Notes: generated by a model not told the origin, from the sequence alone. DNA of 64,000 nucleotides from an uncultured Acidobacteriota bacterium (GCA_963713825.1 CAVQNG010000005.1:490778-554777), one strand, 5' to 3'; numbered from the stretch's first letter, positions 47,501-63,440 are shown. Numbers and translations are program-made.

Positions 47501-48499
47501 CTACAGCTCCGCCTTCCAGGACTTGAGGATGTCCATGTAGTTGGCGCGTTCGTAGGCGCCGGGGTCGGGGCTGCGGCTCAGGTTCATCGAGCCCTTGGCC
47601 TGGGTCAGGGAGTCGTAGTCGTGGTCGATGAGCCACTGGGCCAGCTCGCGGCGCACGATGCGCAGGTAGTCGGGGCCGTGCCTGAGCAGGGCCGAGACCA
47701 TTTGCACGGCATCGGCACCGGTCATGATCGCCTTGACCGCGTCGATCTCGCCATGCACGCCGCCGCTGACCGCGAAGGAGCAGTTCAATTGCCCCGTTAG
47801 GATCGCCAGCCAGCGCAGTCGCAGGAGCAGTGCCGATGAGGTGGAAAGGACCAGGGTCCGTTGTACCTCGAGCTCTTCGACGTCGATGTCGGCCTGGTAG
47901 AAGCGGTTGAAGAGCACCAGGCCGTCCGCCCCGGCATCTTCCAGGTGCTTGCCGAAGCTGGCCAGCGAGGTGTAGTAGGCGGAGAGCTTGACCGCCACCG
48001 GGATCGAGATCTGTTGCTTGACCTCGGTGATGATCTCGACGAAGCGCTGCTCGAGCTCGGCACCGCTCTCGTTCGGGTCCGTGGCCAGGTGGTAGACGTT
48101 CAATTCCAGGGCGTCGGCGCCGGTCTCCTCGATGAGGCGGGCGTACTCCAACCAGCGGCCCTTGGTGGTTCCATTGAGCGAGCCGATGACCGGCACGTTG
48201 ACGGCCTCGACGACCCGCCGCACCTTGTTCAGGTATTCGTCTGGGCCATAGGAGAGGGAGTCGGGCTCTGGAAAGTAAGACAGCGCCTCGGCGAAGGAGT
48301 TGGCAGGATCCTCCGTGAGCCGCGAGGCCGCTACCTCTTCATGCACAATCTGCTCTTCGAAGAGAGAGTTCATGCAGATGGCCGCGGCGCCGGCGTCCTC
48401 CAGCTGCTTCACGGTGTCCATGTCGTCCACCATCGGGGAGGCCCCTGGCATGAAGGGGTGGGGCAGGTCGAAACCTAGATATCGAGTCGACAGGTCCAT
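47501..48499 (-). CDS. Dihydroorotate dehydrogenase-like flavoprotein (PFOR-associated)
   Basis: DLSTRYLG, SLFEEQI, ALELN, AVKLS, LVLFNRFYQ. Confidence 0.9.
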   Translation of the reverse strand: MDLSTRYLGFDLPHPFMPGASPMVDDMDTVKQLEDAGAAAICMNSLFEEQIVHEEVAASRLTEDPANSFAEALSYFPEPDSLSYGPDEYLNKVRRVVEAVNVPVIGSLNGTTKGRWLEYARLIEETGADALELNVYHLATDPNESGAELEQRFVEIITEVKQQISIPVAVKLSAYYTSLASFGKHLEDAGADGLVLFNRFYQADIDVEELEVQRTLVLSTSSALLLRLRWLAILTGQLNCSFAVSGGVHGEIDAVKAIMTGADAVQMVSALLRHGPDYLRIVRRELAQWLIDHDYDSLTQAKGSMNLSRSPDPGAYERANYMDILKSWKAEL

Positions 48500-48511
48500 G
48501 GCTAATCTCTC

Positions 48512-52105
<3,594 letters not shown>

Positions 52106-52260
52106 TGTGGATCCTTGTGTTGACGCCAGATTCGCTGCGCTTATTGGCTTGAGGGCTTAGGGGCGTAAGGGCCTAGGGGCGTAGGGGTTCAAGGGACTAG
52201 AGACGTAGGGCCCCGGCCGCTTCAATCAATGCAGGCTAGCAGCAGGTACAGGGGCAGCCT

Positions 52261-52325
52261 ACACCCAGGTGGGTGGACCCGGGGGCGAGAATGCCCCACC
52301 CTCAAGGGTGGGTGTGAGGCTACCC
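52261..52325. promoter_or_regulatory. CYACCC-N4-GGGTRG sites in the divergent PFOR/lyase promoter region
   Basis: ACACCC-AGGT-GGGTGG (52261), CCACCC-TCAA-GGGTGG (52296), half-site CTACCC (52320). Confidence 0.55.
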
Positions 52326-52406
52326 ATCTGCCTCTGGTACGGTGGGCAGGTCAGAGTAATGATTAAGTGGGGTGATCTCCTAGCAGCCCCAACAAGGGGA
52401 ATCAAC

Positions 52407-53732
52407 ATGCGCAAGAAACGTGACCCGATGCCGCCGAAGTACGAGGGGATGCATCCCGAAAGCCTGATGATGAGCTACGGCTATGTGCCGGCCTGGTCTG
52501 AAGGGTCGGTCAAGCCGCCCATCTTCCAGACCTCGACTTTCGCTTTCGAGACTGCCGAAGAGGGCAAGGAGTTCTTCCAGTGGGCCTATGGCCTCAAGGA
52601 AAGGGACCCCGACAAGCCGATGGGGCTGATCTACAGTCGCCTCAACAACCCCGATCTGGAGATTCTCGAGGAGCGTCTCAAACTGTGGGACGAAGCGGAA
52701 GCCAGCGCAGTGTTCTCGTCTGGCATGTCGGCGATCTCGACTTCACTGCTGGCCCTGGTTCCGATCGGCGAGGCGGTGGTCTTTTCGCGGCCGATCTACG
52801 GTGGTACCGACCTGCTGCTCGAGACGATCCTGCCGGAGCGGGGCATCGTGACCCGAGAGTTCAGGGCGCGTTCCGAGCCAGAGGAGGTCGATGCCATCTG
52901 TGAGGAGCTCAAGGCCGCTGGTACTCCGGCGAAGGTGATCTTCCTGGAGACGCCAGCCAACCCGACGATGTGTATGACCGACATCGGGGGGATGGCCGAA
53001 GTGGCTCACAAGCACGGAGCCCTTTGCCTGGTAGACAACACATTCATGGGCCCGCTGTATCAGAAGCCGCTCAAGCACGGAGCGGACCTGGTGCTCTATT
53101 CGGCCACCAAGTATCTGGGCGGGCACAGCGATCTGGTGGCGGGCGTCGCCCTCGGCTCTTGCGAGCTCATCGAGAGGGTCAAGCTGTATCGCACGATTCT
53201 GGGCACTATGCTGGAGCCCTTCTCGGCCTGGTTGCTGATGCGCTCGCTGGAGACAGCGAAGCTGCGCATTACCTGTTCGCGCAAGAACGCCGAGAAGATC
53301 GCCGCCTGGTTGGTCGAGCATCCTCGGGTTGAGAAGGTCCACTTTCCGGGCATGCCCGACACCGCTAGACAAAGGGAAATCTACGAGAAGCAATGCACGG
53401 GTCCGGGAGGCATGTTGGCAATCGAGCTCAGAGACGCCGGCGAGAAGGAGGCCTTCCGATTTCTCAACAACGTCAAGCTTGCCAAGCTGGCGGTCAGTCT
53501 TGGCGGCACCGAGTCGTTGATCGAGCACCCGGCTACGATGACCCACGCCGATGTGCCGGTTGAGGAGCAGGAGGCGATCGGCATCACGCCGGCCCTGGTG
53601 CGACTGTCGGTAGGCATCGAGCATCCCGACGACCTCATCAGTTGCCTGTCCTACGCCCTCGACCAGATCGATACAGAAGAGGACGACGAGGCCGAGGTAG
53701 CGGTCGTGAGCCACGATGAGGAATCGAGCTAG
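52407..53732 (+). CDS. Methionine gamma-lyase/cystathionine gamma-synthase family PLP enzyme
   Basis: PIFQTSTF, YSRLNNP, FSSGMSAI, ETPANP, SATKYLGGHSD, VSLGGTESL. Confidence 0.93.
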   Translation: MRKKRDPMPPKYEGMHPESLMMSYGYVPAWSEGSVKPPIFQTSTFAFETAEEGKEFFQWAYGLKERDPDKPMGLIYSRLNNPDLEILEERLKLWDEAEASAVFSSGMSAISTSLLALVPIGEAVVFSRPIYGGTDLLLETILPERGIVTREFRARSEPEEVDAICEELKAAGTPAKVIFLETPANPTMCMTDIGGMAEVAHKHGALCLVDNTFMGPLYQKPLKHGADLVLYSATKYLGGHSDLVAGVALGSCELIERVKLYRTILGTMLEPFSAWLLMRSLETAKLRITCSRKNAEKIAAWLVEHPRVEKVHFPGMPDTARQREIYEKQCTGPGGMLAIELRDAGEKEAFRFLNNVKLAKLAVSLGGTESLIEHPATMTHADVPVEEQEAIGITPALVRLSVGIEHPDDLISCLSYALDQIDTEEDDEAEVAVVSHDEESS

Positions 53733-53759
53733 AAGCCCAGTGAAGAGGAGACGAGGACC

Positions 53760-54674
53760 ATGGAGGTAAAGACCGTACTCTGCCCGGTGGACTTCAGCCC
53801 GATCTCACTGCGGAACCTGCGCATGGCGGTGGAGGTCTGCAAACGGGTCGGCGCTCGCCTGGTGATCCACCACAATCTCGACGTGCGGCCGCCCGGCTTC
53901 CTGTCTGTGGCCTGGATGTGGTCCGAGGATCACGAGGCGGGGGAAGAAGAGAAGGCGGCGGAGGTGCCGGCCAAGCTGCAGGAGCTGTTCGATCGGATTC
54001 CCAAAGGGTTGGAGTACGAGGCGAAAGTCACGCGTGGTCCGTTGGAGGAGACGTTGCTGTTCGTGGCGCGTGGGTTGCCAGCGGATCTGATTGTCATGGG
54101 GAGCCACGGCAAGAGTGGATCGGAGCACGATTCCCTGACCGAGAAGATCATCATCAACGCGCCCTGCTCGGTGCTGACGATTGGCGAGAGCTACGTTCCG
54201 GAGGAAGTGTTCGATGCCGAGGACATCGAGCCTGCCGACCAGCTGACGATGCTCGTTCCGGTTGACTTCACACCGCAGGGACTCGGGGTTCTGGGAGCGG
54301 CCATCGATCTGGCGTTCGACATGCCGCACCACATGGAGGTTCTGCACGTGGTCGCTCAGACCGGCGCCGGAGACGTGGCGCAAGAGGAGAGAGAAGTGGA
54401 GGCCGCGCGTCGCCGATTACAGCGCATGATCCCCGAGAGCCTGGCGAGTCGGGTGTCGGTCCAGGTGAAGGTCGGTGGGCCAGCCGAGACGGTGCTCCGG
54501 ACGGCCAAGGAGCTCGACGTCCTATGCGTCATCATGGGAGCGCATGGCAAGGGAATGTTGAAGAGATTTCTCTTTGGCACCACGACCATGACGATTCTGC
54601 ATGGCGCTGGTTGTCCGGTGTGGTTCATGCCGGAGGCTTTGACGAAGTCGCTCCCGGGAGTTGCCGGTAGCTAG
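53760..54674 (+). CDS. Tandem universal stress protein
   Basis: Two PVDF...IVMGSHG/IMGAHG domains. Confidence 0.92.
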   Translation: MEVKTVLCPVDFSPISLRNLRMAVEVCKRVGARLVIHHNLDVRPPGFLSVAWMWSEDHEAGEEEKAAEVPAKLQELFDRIPKGLEYEAKVTRGPLEETLLFVARGLPADLIVMGSHGKSGSEHDSLTEKIIINAPCSVLTIGESYVPEEVFDAEDIEPADQLTMLVPVDFTPQGLGVLGAAIDLAFDMPHHMEVLHVVAQTGAGDVAQEEREVEAARRRLQRMIPESLASRVSVQVKVGGPAETVLRTAKELDVLCVIMGAHGKGMLKRFLFGTTTMTILHGAGCPVWFMPEALTKSLPGVAGS

Positions 54675-54714
54675 ATCCGCGGGGGAAGAGACACGGGTGG
54701 AGAGGAGGTCTTCG

Positions 54715-55038
54715 ATGGACTGGTCAGATGCGAAGGAGGCAACTCTTCTCCAATGGCGGCAGCTTCGATCCTCGGTCGATCGGCTGGACGAAGTCCGACT
54801 GCTGAAAGGAATCAACGCGGTCAACGAGCTGTGTGAAAAGGCCAAGCAGCAGGCCCACGGCGAGATGAACCGCTGCAACTACTGCATCGCCTTCCACCAG
54901 TTCGGCGGCTGCATGGGCGTCAGCCTCCAGATGAGCGAGTGTGCCGTCGACGGCGACAAGGAACGGCTGAAGGAGCTGATGGACGGGTTCATCCTCCAGC
55001 TCGAAGGGCTGGAGGTGCCGGAGGCCAGCAACGGCTAA
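54715..55038 (+). CDS. Small Cys-rich hypothetical protein
   Basis: GGAGG RBS; five Cys including CNYC. Confidence 0.7.
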   Translation: MDWSDAKEATLLQWRQLRSSVDRLDEVRLLKGINAVNELCEKAKQQAHGEMNRCNYCIAFHQFGGCMGVSLQMSECAVDGDKERLKELMDGFILQLEGLEVPEASNG

Positions 55039-55189
55039 CCCTTGTAGGACACCAGCAATCCTGATGTAGGGGAAGGGATTGCTAGGTGAAATTGATGTAG
55101 GGGAGGGGCTTGCCCCCTCCCGAGGGCGGCCGCAAGGGCCGCCCCTACATTTAGAAGATGGAATCAGCCGGCGCCCCTGCCGGTCGGGC

Positions 55190-56054
55190 CTATCCGAAGA
55201 TCTCCTTGAAGCGGCCGACGGAAGCTTGAAAGCCCTCTTCGAAGGTGCCACCGTCGGGGTGGTACACACTTTCAGAGAGATCGCTCCGTCATATTCGTCC
55301 TCCACCAGGGCAGCGGCGAGATCTTCGAGGATCGGTGCCATCTGACCGGTTCCCAGAGCACACTGTTGAACGCTGGCCTTGGCGATGTCCACGTTGCAGT
55401 CCTTGATGTGCAGGTGGCCCAGGTAGCCACCACGTAGCGTCTCGTAGCCCGCCGGGTAGACCTCTTCGGTGCAGTACAGGGTATTGGCGGGATCCCAGAG
55501 AACCTTGAGGTTGTCTGAGCCGAGATCGTCGATGAGCTTCCTCCCCAGATAGGCGGAGGCGACCATGGCATTGTTGCCGGTTTCGACGACCAGAGTGATG
55601 TCGTTTTCTTCGGCCAGTTTCACCGCCGGCTTGAGTAGGACGATGAGGTTTTTCCACGCACCCTTGCTGGCATTCCAGACCTCGGCGCCGTTGTAGCCGA
55701 AGATGATCATCTCCTTGCGAAAGCTCATGATCCGAACCAGCTTGGTGTCGACCGCCTTGGCCATGTCGATGCAGCGCTCGAGGGCGGCCATGTGCTTCTG
55801 GTGGTCGGCGTCACCCAGTTCGGTCTTGCCGACCAGGAGACCGACGAAGTTGTGTCGGGTAATGCAGGGGATCTTGACGCCGTAGTGCTCGACCAGGGCT
55901 ATCAGCCGTGCCATCTCGTCGTCATCGAGGTCGCCGACTTCTTTTCCCAGACGAACTGCAGCTCCGCGTATTCCAGATCCGCTTCGGTCATCACCTGCAG
56001 TGCGTGCTCCAGATCTCGACTGATACCGTCCGTGATGAGTCCCAGCTTCGCCAT
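55190..56054 (-). CDS. Sugar phosphate isomerase/epimerase (xylose isomerase-like TIM barrel), frameshifted
   Basis: MAKLGLITDGIS, LVVETG, VLWDPAN, HLHIKD. Confidence 0.75.
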
Positions 56055-56105
56055 GTGTGCTTCCCTCCTGAAATTCGATAGGTCCTTCTAGATTCGGATG
56101 CTCGG

Positions 56106-56989
56106 CTACCAGGTGACTTCCGTGCCCGCGATCTGCTCGAGAAGCTTGACGACGGACCAGTTGTCCTCGGTGGGGAACATCGAGATTCCTGATTGAAACA
56201 GCTCGTACGCAGCGCTGGTGGTGAACATGGCGGTGCCGGTCTCTCGGGCCATGTTCATGGAAATGCCCAAGTCCTTGTACATGGTGCCGATGTGGCTGCC
56301 GGTGTCTTTGAACTGCCTCTCCATGATCAGCTTGGCGCAGTTGTTGAAGAGAGGGCAGCCGATGGCGCTGGCACTGAAGACCTTGTAGAGCGTCTCGCCC
56401 TTGACCCCGGCGTTGGCACCGAGAACCAGCGATTCGAAGATGGCTGCGAAGGTGGTACCGATCATGGCCTGGAGCGCCGCTTTGACGGTCTGGCCCTCAA
56501 CGATCTCTTCGCCGACATGGAGAAGCGTCTTGGACACGGCTTCGGCCCATCCTGTTGTTGGGCCAGGACGTCCGCGTTGGCAGCCACCATCGAGTCAGGT
56601 TGCCGCCGTCGGCGCCGGCCTTGCCCCCGTGACCGGAGTGTGGATCAAGTCGATGCCCTTCTCTCCCACAGAACCCACCAACTCCCTGACTTCAGCAGGG
56701 ACGATAGTGTGCGGAGTCGATGATCGTCGTCTCCGGTTGCCGGCCCTCGAGCGGCCCTCCGGCCCCAGAACCACCTGCTTGACCTGGTCGCCATTGGGAC
56801 CATGACGAACACCACGTCGCTCTCGCCACCGACCTGACGACAGGATCGGCACGAGTGCCACCCGCCTCAACCAGGGCGGCCTTGCGCTCGTCCCGTACGT
56901 GGAGGCCATGAACAGGAAACCGCTCTCGAGGATGTTTCGGGCCATGCCGAGGCCCATGTCACCGAGGCCTACCCGTCCCACCCGTTCAT
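56106..56989 (-). CDS. NAD(P)-dependent beta-hydroxyacid dehydrogenase, multiple frameshifts
   Basis: GLGDMGLGMARN, GQTVKA, MYKDLG. Confidence 0.72.
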
Positions 56990-57063
56990 GTTATCTCCCC
57001 CTCCTCTGTCGTGCTTCTCAGGTTTAAGATTCTTCGATTTCTCTCTTCGCGACAGGGCGCCAT

Positions 57064-58353
57064 TCACCAGGTTCCACGCTTCTCACATGAGCAGCGTCGG
57101 CAACCAGAGGACGAGAGCCGGAACAGGATGCACCAGATCATCGTCGGCACGTTCGCCGTCGGAAAGGGCGAGCCCGATGAAGATTGGCCCGATACCCCGA
57201 TGTATGATCGCCGAACAGACATTGAGGCAGTTGCCGACCGGTGGCGAGCAGGCTCCGACGGCGAGGCCCGATCCAGGACAATGCCGAAATGCACCGGCGA
57301 GACGCCGATGTCGACCGCCGTGGGCAGGAAGATGGGTGTCAGCAGCAGGATCGCGGGGCTCACATCGATGAAGGTGCCGAAGAGCAGGACGATGAAGCTG
57401 AAGATGAGCATGAAGACCGTCGGTCCGAGGTCCAGGCTGACCAGGTAGGCGGTCGGGCCTCGGGCAGGCGTTGCAGTGCCAGGACATAGATGTAGAGCTG
57501 CGACAGGGCGATGATGATCATGATCTTGGAGCTGATCATCACGGTCTTCTGGACCGACCGCCACAGGGCGGGCAGACGCAGCCGACGGGTGAACGCCAGA
57601 CCGATGATCGCCGCATAAAGCACACCGATAGCAGAGGACTCGGTCGGAGTGGCGATGCCAAAGACGACGATGCCGACGATCAGAACCGGCATCAGCAGGA
57701 CGTAGGAGGAGACCAGGGCTTCCTTGGCGATCTCGCCAGGGCTCGGACGAAAATCCTCTTTCGGGTAGCCGTATCGATAGGCGAGGAACGAGGCGATACC
57801 GAACTGGAAGATGCCGATCATGATGCCGGGGATCGCTCCCCCGAGGAAGAGCTGACCCACGGACTGCTGCGCCACTACCGCGTAGAGCACCACCGGGATC
57901 GACGGCGGGGTCGGGCATGCCCATGGTGCGGGAGGCCACCGTAATGCCGGACGCGAACTGACGAGAGTAGCCGCGCCGTTCCATCTCGGGGATCAGAATC
58001 GAGCCGACAGAAGCCGTGTCAGAAGTAGAGGACCCCGAGATTCCGCCGAAGATCATGGAGGCCGCTACATTGACCAACGCCAGGCCACCGCGCAGCCGGC
58101 CGACGATCATCAGGCAGAAGTTGATCAGACGCCTGGTGATGCCGGCCTCGTTCATGAGGAAGCCCATGAGGATGAACAACGGCAGTGCGATCAAGGTGTA
58201 GGAGTTGAAGCCGGCGAACATCCGCTGCGGCAGGATGCGCATCAACTCGGGGTGGTACAGAGCGAAATAGAGGAACGAGGAGATGCCGATCGAATAGGCG
58301 ATGGGGATGCTGAGGGCCAGCAGGACAATCAGGCTGAGGATCAGGACGGTCAT
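57064..58353 (-). CDS. dctM: TRAP transporter large permease (DctM), frameshifted; 3' end approximate
   Basis: LIALPLFILMG, FGGISGS, ATPTES, PVHFG, PPVG. Confidence 0.8.
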   Translation of the reverse strand: MTVLILSLIVLLALSIPIAYSIGISSFLYFALYHPELMRILPQRMFAGFNSYTLIALPLFILMGFLMNEAGITRRLINFCLMIVGRLRGGLALVNVAASMIFGGISGSSTSDTASVGSILIPEMERRGYSRQFASGITVASRTMGMPDPAVDPGGALRGSGAAVRGSALPRGSDPRHHDRHLPVRYRLVPRLSIRLPERGFSSEPWRDRQGSPGLLLRPADAGSDRRHRRLWHRHSDRVLCYRCALCGDHRSGVHPSAASARPVAVGPEDRDDQLQDHDHHRPVAALHLCPGTATPARGPTAYLVSLDLGPTVFMLIFSFIVLLFGTFIDVSPAILLLTPIFLPTAVDIGVSPVHFGIVLDRASPSEPARHRSATASMSVRRSYIGVSGQSSSGSPFPTANVPTMIWCILFRLSSSGCRRCSCEKRGTW

Positions 58354-58367
58354 GGCCCAGAGTCGCG

Positions 58368-58867
58368 TCAGTCGCCCTGCATCCAGGGTACACCGAGGAC
58401 CTCCTCTTCACCTTTGAAGCCGAGATAGAGCTTGATGAAGCAGAAGAGAGCCGAGGCCGCTGTGCCGATGAGAATGGCGATCTGGGCGGTCCACCGCGGC
58501 ACCTGCAGGACCGAGATCATGCGTGAGCCCGTGATGCCGATCCACTGCAGCGAGTAGTAGAAGATCACCAGATTGAAGGCCAGAAGCAGGCTCAAGCCGA
58601 AGACGTCGATCCACTTGCGGGCTGTGGGTCCGAGGCGCTCGGTGAACCAGGAGATGGCCATATGGTCGCGTTTGGCGATGCCGACCGCGATGCCGAGAGC
58701 CGAGGTGTAGGCGAAGAGGATGGCGGCGAGCTCGTTGGCTCCGCCGATCGACTCGCGAAACCCGTAGCGCAGCGCCACCTGAGTGACGACGAGAGCGAAC
58801 ATGACCAGGAACGGAGGGAGAAGACCGCCTCGAGGATGCGAACCAGGACCGTTTCCAGTCGCTCCAT
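58368..58867 (-). CDS. dctQ: TRAP small permease (DctQ), frameshifted
   Basis: QVALRYGF...ELA...DHMAI; four TM helices. Confidence 0.78.
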
Positions 58868-58870
58868 GGA

Positions 58871-59889
58871 TTACTCCACGGCGCTCGAGTCGTCGCAACT
58901 GCGGGCCGCTGCAATGGCAGCGTTGATGTCCTCCCAGCTGAAGTCGCCGCGCTCGACGAAGAAGTCGTAGACGGGCCTCGTGCGCTCTCGCTGCTCGGTG
59001 ATGACCTCCGCGCTCGGCCGGATGATCTCGACTTCCTGTCCCAGCCTGGCGATGATCTCTTCCTCGGAGCTGGAGTAGAGCTCGTCGCTGAGCTCTCAGG
59101 CTCTCTCGCCACTGCATCGAAGATCTCGCGCAGATCCGCAGGCAGGGCTTCATACCAGGCGAGATTGACCATGAGCGGATCCGGGCCCGTTGCATGCGAG
59201 TCGATCGTGATCCACTGCAGCACCTGGTACTGTAGGCGGTCCCACAGATCCGAAGGCGGTGCCGTAGTGCCTTCGATGACACCAGTAAGGAGCGCCGAAT
59301 AGGTTTCGGACTGGGCGATGCCCTGAGGATTGGCACCGAGGGCGTCTTCCATACGATGAAAGACCTCCTGGGCATCGGGCACGCGAATCTTCAGCCCCGA
59401 AAAGTCGCTCGCGGTCCTAATCGGGCGCTCGTTGGAGCCGTGGGCGCGAAACCCCTGAGAGATGCCGATCGCAGGGACGTGCAATCCCTTGTTCTTGGCC
59501 TCTTCGGCAACTGCCGTCATCCAGGAGCTGCGAACGAGGCAGATGGCTTCCTGCCAGTCCTCGACCAGAAAGGGCAGCAGAACGATGTTGAAACGAATCG
59601 AGGCGTCCTCGAACATCCCGCCACGGGTCCCCTGAAGGGCACCGGTGGCGACGGCATCGGCCATCTCGCGCTCGGTGCCCAAGATGCCGCCGAAGTAGTT
59701 TTCCACCCGGATTCGCCCCGCGGTCCGCTCTTCGAGCTCTGTCTTGAAGAACTCCATGGATACGCTACGTGGATCGCTCTTGTTCTGGGCGTTGCCGTAC
59801 TTGAAGACATGGCTGTCATCACCACAGGCCGAGAGGGTTAGGAAGAGCAATGAAGTGACGATGAGGGCACCTGGATGACTTCGGGTCAT
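58871..59889 (-). CDS. dctP: TRAP substrate-binding lipoprotein (DctP), frameshifted
   Basis: LSAC lipobox, [26 protein letters not shown]. Confidence 0.8.
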
Positions 59890-61436
59890 GGGATGGTCGT
59901 CTCCTCCGCGGCTCGCACATCGCTGGCATGGAGCAGGCCAGTCCCGCCTTGCCCCAGGGCGAGTTGCATGATCCGTTCCTGAGTGGCCTCGGCTCGGTGC
60001 AGGATGCCCTGAAGAACTCCCTCGTGCATGACCGCTACACGATCGGCAAGCCCGAGGACCTCTGACATCTCGCTGGAGATGAGCACGACGGCGACTCCCT
60101 GTTCCACCAGCTCACCGATGAGCTCGTAGATCTCGGCCTTGGCCCCTACATCGATTCCGCGAGTGGGCTCGTCGAAGAGCAGGACTCGGCAGCGAGCTGC
60201 CAGCCATCGAGCCAGCACCACTTTCTGCTGGTTCCCGCCCGAGAGATCCGACGTCTTCCTGGGACAGAGAGGCGGCTCTGATGCGCAGCTTCTCCACCAT
60301 GCCCTGAGCCCGTTCGCGTTCGGCTCCGAGATAGAGGATCCCGAGCGAACGACCTCGTCGAGGATTGTCAGGGTGATGTTCTCCGTCACCGAGCATCTGG
60401 AGCACCAGGCTCTGCTGCTTCCGGTCTTCGGTGATGAAGCCCATGCCTGCGGCGATGGAGGCAGAGGGGTTGTTTCCAGGGAGAGATCGACCGGACACGA
60501 GAACCGTTCCCTCGTCCACACGGTCTGACCCGAAGACCGCCCGAGCCAGCTCGGTGCGACCCGAGCCCATAAGGCCGGCCACACGCAGGAGATCACCAGA
60601 TCGGCCTGAGAGGCTGACGGGTGAGAGAAGACCCTGGCGTGCGACGCCCTCCACCTCCAGGGCGACTTCACCCAGCGGCACCTGGCGCTTGGGAATCTGC
60701 TCGGCGATGGTGCGGCCGACCATCAAGTGGATGAGCTCGCCGACCTAGTGCCCTTGGCCTCCCGGGTTCCCACGGTTTCACCGTCACGCATGACGGTGAC
60801 GCGATCGCCGATAGCGAAGATCTCGTTCATCCGGTGGGAGATGTAGATGACTGGCACGCCGTCCCGACACAGGGAACGGATCACCGTGAAGAGGGCTTCG
60901 ATCTCTGTGTCGGCGAGAGCCGCCGTAGGCTCGTCCATCACCAGGAGTCGCACGTCCTGGCGGAAGGCGCGGGCGATCTCCACCAGCTGCTGCTCGGCCA
61001 CCGAGAACTCCGCCACCATCCTGTCCGGGTCCAGCGCAGATCGCAACCGACCCAGGATCTGCCGGGAGCCGTCGCGCATGACCCCACTCCGAATGAGACC
61101 GCCACGGAGAGGCTCGTGTCCCAGGAAGATATTCTGGGCCACGGTGAGACCGGGAACCAGGTTGAGCTCCTGGTGGATCATGACGGGGCGGTGGCGCTCG
61201 GCCTCCAGTGGGCTCGCCGGCCGGATCTCCTTCCCTGAGAACACCACGGAACCCGAGTCCGCCTCGTACTGGCCACAAAGGACCTTCATGAGAGTGGACT
61301 TGCCGGCACCGTTTTCGCCGAGGAGGACGTGGACTTCCCGGGCCGGACCGCGAGGTCCACGGTCTTGAGGGCCTGGACACCGGGGAAGCTCTTGGAGATG
61401 TCCCCGCATGTCGAGAATGGGCTCTGGGGCGGTCAC
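59886..61436 (-). CDS. Sugar ABC transporter ATP-binding protein (RbsA-like), frameshifted
   Basis: [36 protein letters not shown]. Confidence 0.85.
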
Positions 61437-63404
61437 GGCTGCTTCTCCGCATCGGTAGAGCTCGTGGTCCTCTGGCCGAACGTGTCGATGTTCTTCTTGT
61501 CGATGAGCTCGACTCGGGTAAGCACCTCCGGCGGTGGAGCTTCCCCTCCCTGAGGAGTGCTACGGCGTAGCGAACTCCCAGCCGACCCATCTCACCTGGG
61601 AACTGGGCCACCGAGCCCAGTAGTCGGTCTGCACGGATGTTCGCGAGGCGTCCGGGATGGCGTCGAAGCCGATCACCTGGACCTCTTTCAGCCGCCCAGC
61701 CGCGGCGATGGCTTCCAACGCACCCAATGCCATCTCATCGTTGGCGGCAAAGACGGCGTCCAGGTCCGGATGGCCCTGGAGCAGGTTCTCCGCCACGGTG
61801 TAGGCGCGAGCCCTCTCCCAGTTCGCGGTCTGGGTGGCCACCACCCGGATCCCCGGGTAGGCCTCTATGCCCTCCGGGAATCCCAGGCGCCGCTGGTCGG
61901 CGGTCTCGTGCCCGGAGATCCCCTCGATGATGGCCACGTCTCCTTTTCCGTCGAGCTCGGCTGCGAGATAACGACCGGCCACCGCGCCACCCTCGAAGTT
62001 GTCCGAGCCGATGTAGGTCAGTACCACCGCACCAACGGAGTCAGCGGCGGCCTGGTCGATCCGTGTGTCGAGGAGGAGGATCGGGATGTCTGCGTCGTTG
62101 GCCTTGCGAATGGCCGGGACCAGCTCTTTCGAGCCGGCCGGCGACAGCAGGATGGCATCCACAAACTGCTGAATCAGGTTCTCGATGATCTGGTGCTGGC
62201 GTTCCACGTCCGTCTCACGCTCGGGTGCGAGGGAGACGAGATGGACACCCTGTGCGGAGGCTTCGTCTTCGGCCGCTTCCTGCATCTCCGCCCAGAACGG
62301 TGAATTCAGTGCCTTGGGCACGAACGCCACCGTGAGGGTCGCATCCTGCTCCGGAGCCGATGAGCGGGCCCGGAACCCCAGGGCGGCCGATACGAGCGTG
62401 ACCGCAAGGACGCTTGTGAGCCCGATCTTGCGGTAGCGTCTCCAACCCTCCGGGGATCTGGCGCCTTGAGAACGGTGTCTGGCGCGGTCCAGGACCACGG
62501 CCGCCACCAGCACTCCACCCACCACCATTCCCTCCAGAGCGGACGGGACGTTCAGGGCGTTGAGCCCGTTCCGCAAGGTGCCCATGATCAAGGCTCCGAT
62601 GAGAGTGCCGAGGACCCGACCCTCGCCACCCATGAGACTCACCCCTCCGATCACTGCAGCAGCGATGGCGTAGAGCTCGTACATCTCACCCGAAAGCGGA
62701 GAGGCAGCGTTCAGACGTGACGTCATGAGGACCGCGGCCACCCCGGCCATGAGCCCGGACAAGGCGTAAATGGCAATTTTGTAGCGTCCCACCGGAACCC
62801 CGGACAGCCAGGCCGCCTGTTCGTTACCTCCGATGGCGTAGGTGTATCGACCGAGCTTGGTGCGGGTGAGGACCAGGTGGGCGAGGACGTAGAAGAAGGC
62901 CACGACCAGGACCAGAACCGGCACGCCGGCCAGGTTGCCGGACAATGCCCGAAACGACTCCGGCAGACCGCTGATGGGTTTGGAACCGGAGTAGATCTTG
63001 GCCGCGCTGCGAGCGATGAGCATCATGCCCAACGTCGTGATGAAGGGGGGGATACGGCCGAGGGTGGTGATCAGCCCGGTGAGAGTGCCACACGCGAGTC
63101 CCACCAGGAGCCCGGCACCGATGGCGACGAAGCCGGGATGTCCGGCGACCAGGAGATCGGCCACCACCAGGCCACAGAGAGCCAGAATAGACCCCACCGA
63201 CAGGTCGATGCCCCCAGAGATGATGACGAAGGTCAGGCCAATGCCAAGGATGGCGTTGATGGCCGACTGTTGCATGACGTTGAGCAGATTGTCGGTGCTC
63301 AGAAAGTGCGGTGAGGCTATGCCGAACAGGATGACCAGTCCGACCAGCACCAGCAGCGTCTGCAGGCTGGCGGGTAGGGTCTTGCTCCGGTCGGTTGGCG
63401 ACAT
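61433..63404 (-). CDS. Fused sugar ABC permease (RbsC-like) and substrate-binding protein (RbsB-like); frameshifts near the 3' end
   Basis: GGIDLSVGS, YAIGGN, IAAAVIGG then PFW, IGSDNFEGG, ANDEMALGA in a single frame. Confidence 0.82.
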
Positions 63405-63440
63405 GCGCAGCTCTCTCCTTGTGCCTGGTCGGGTCTCTAT

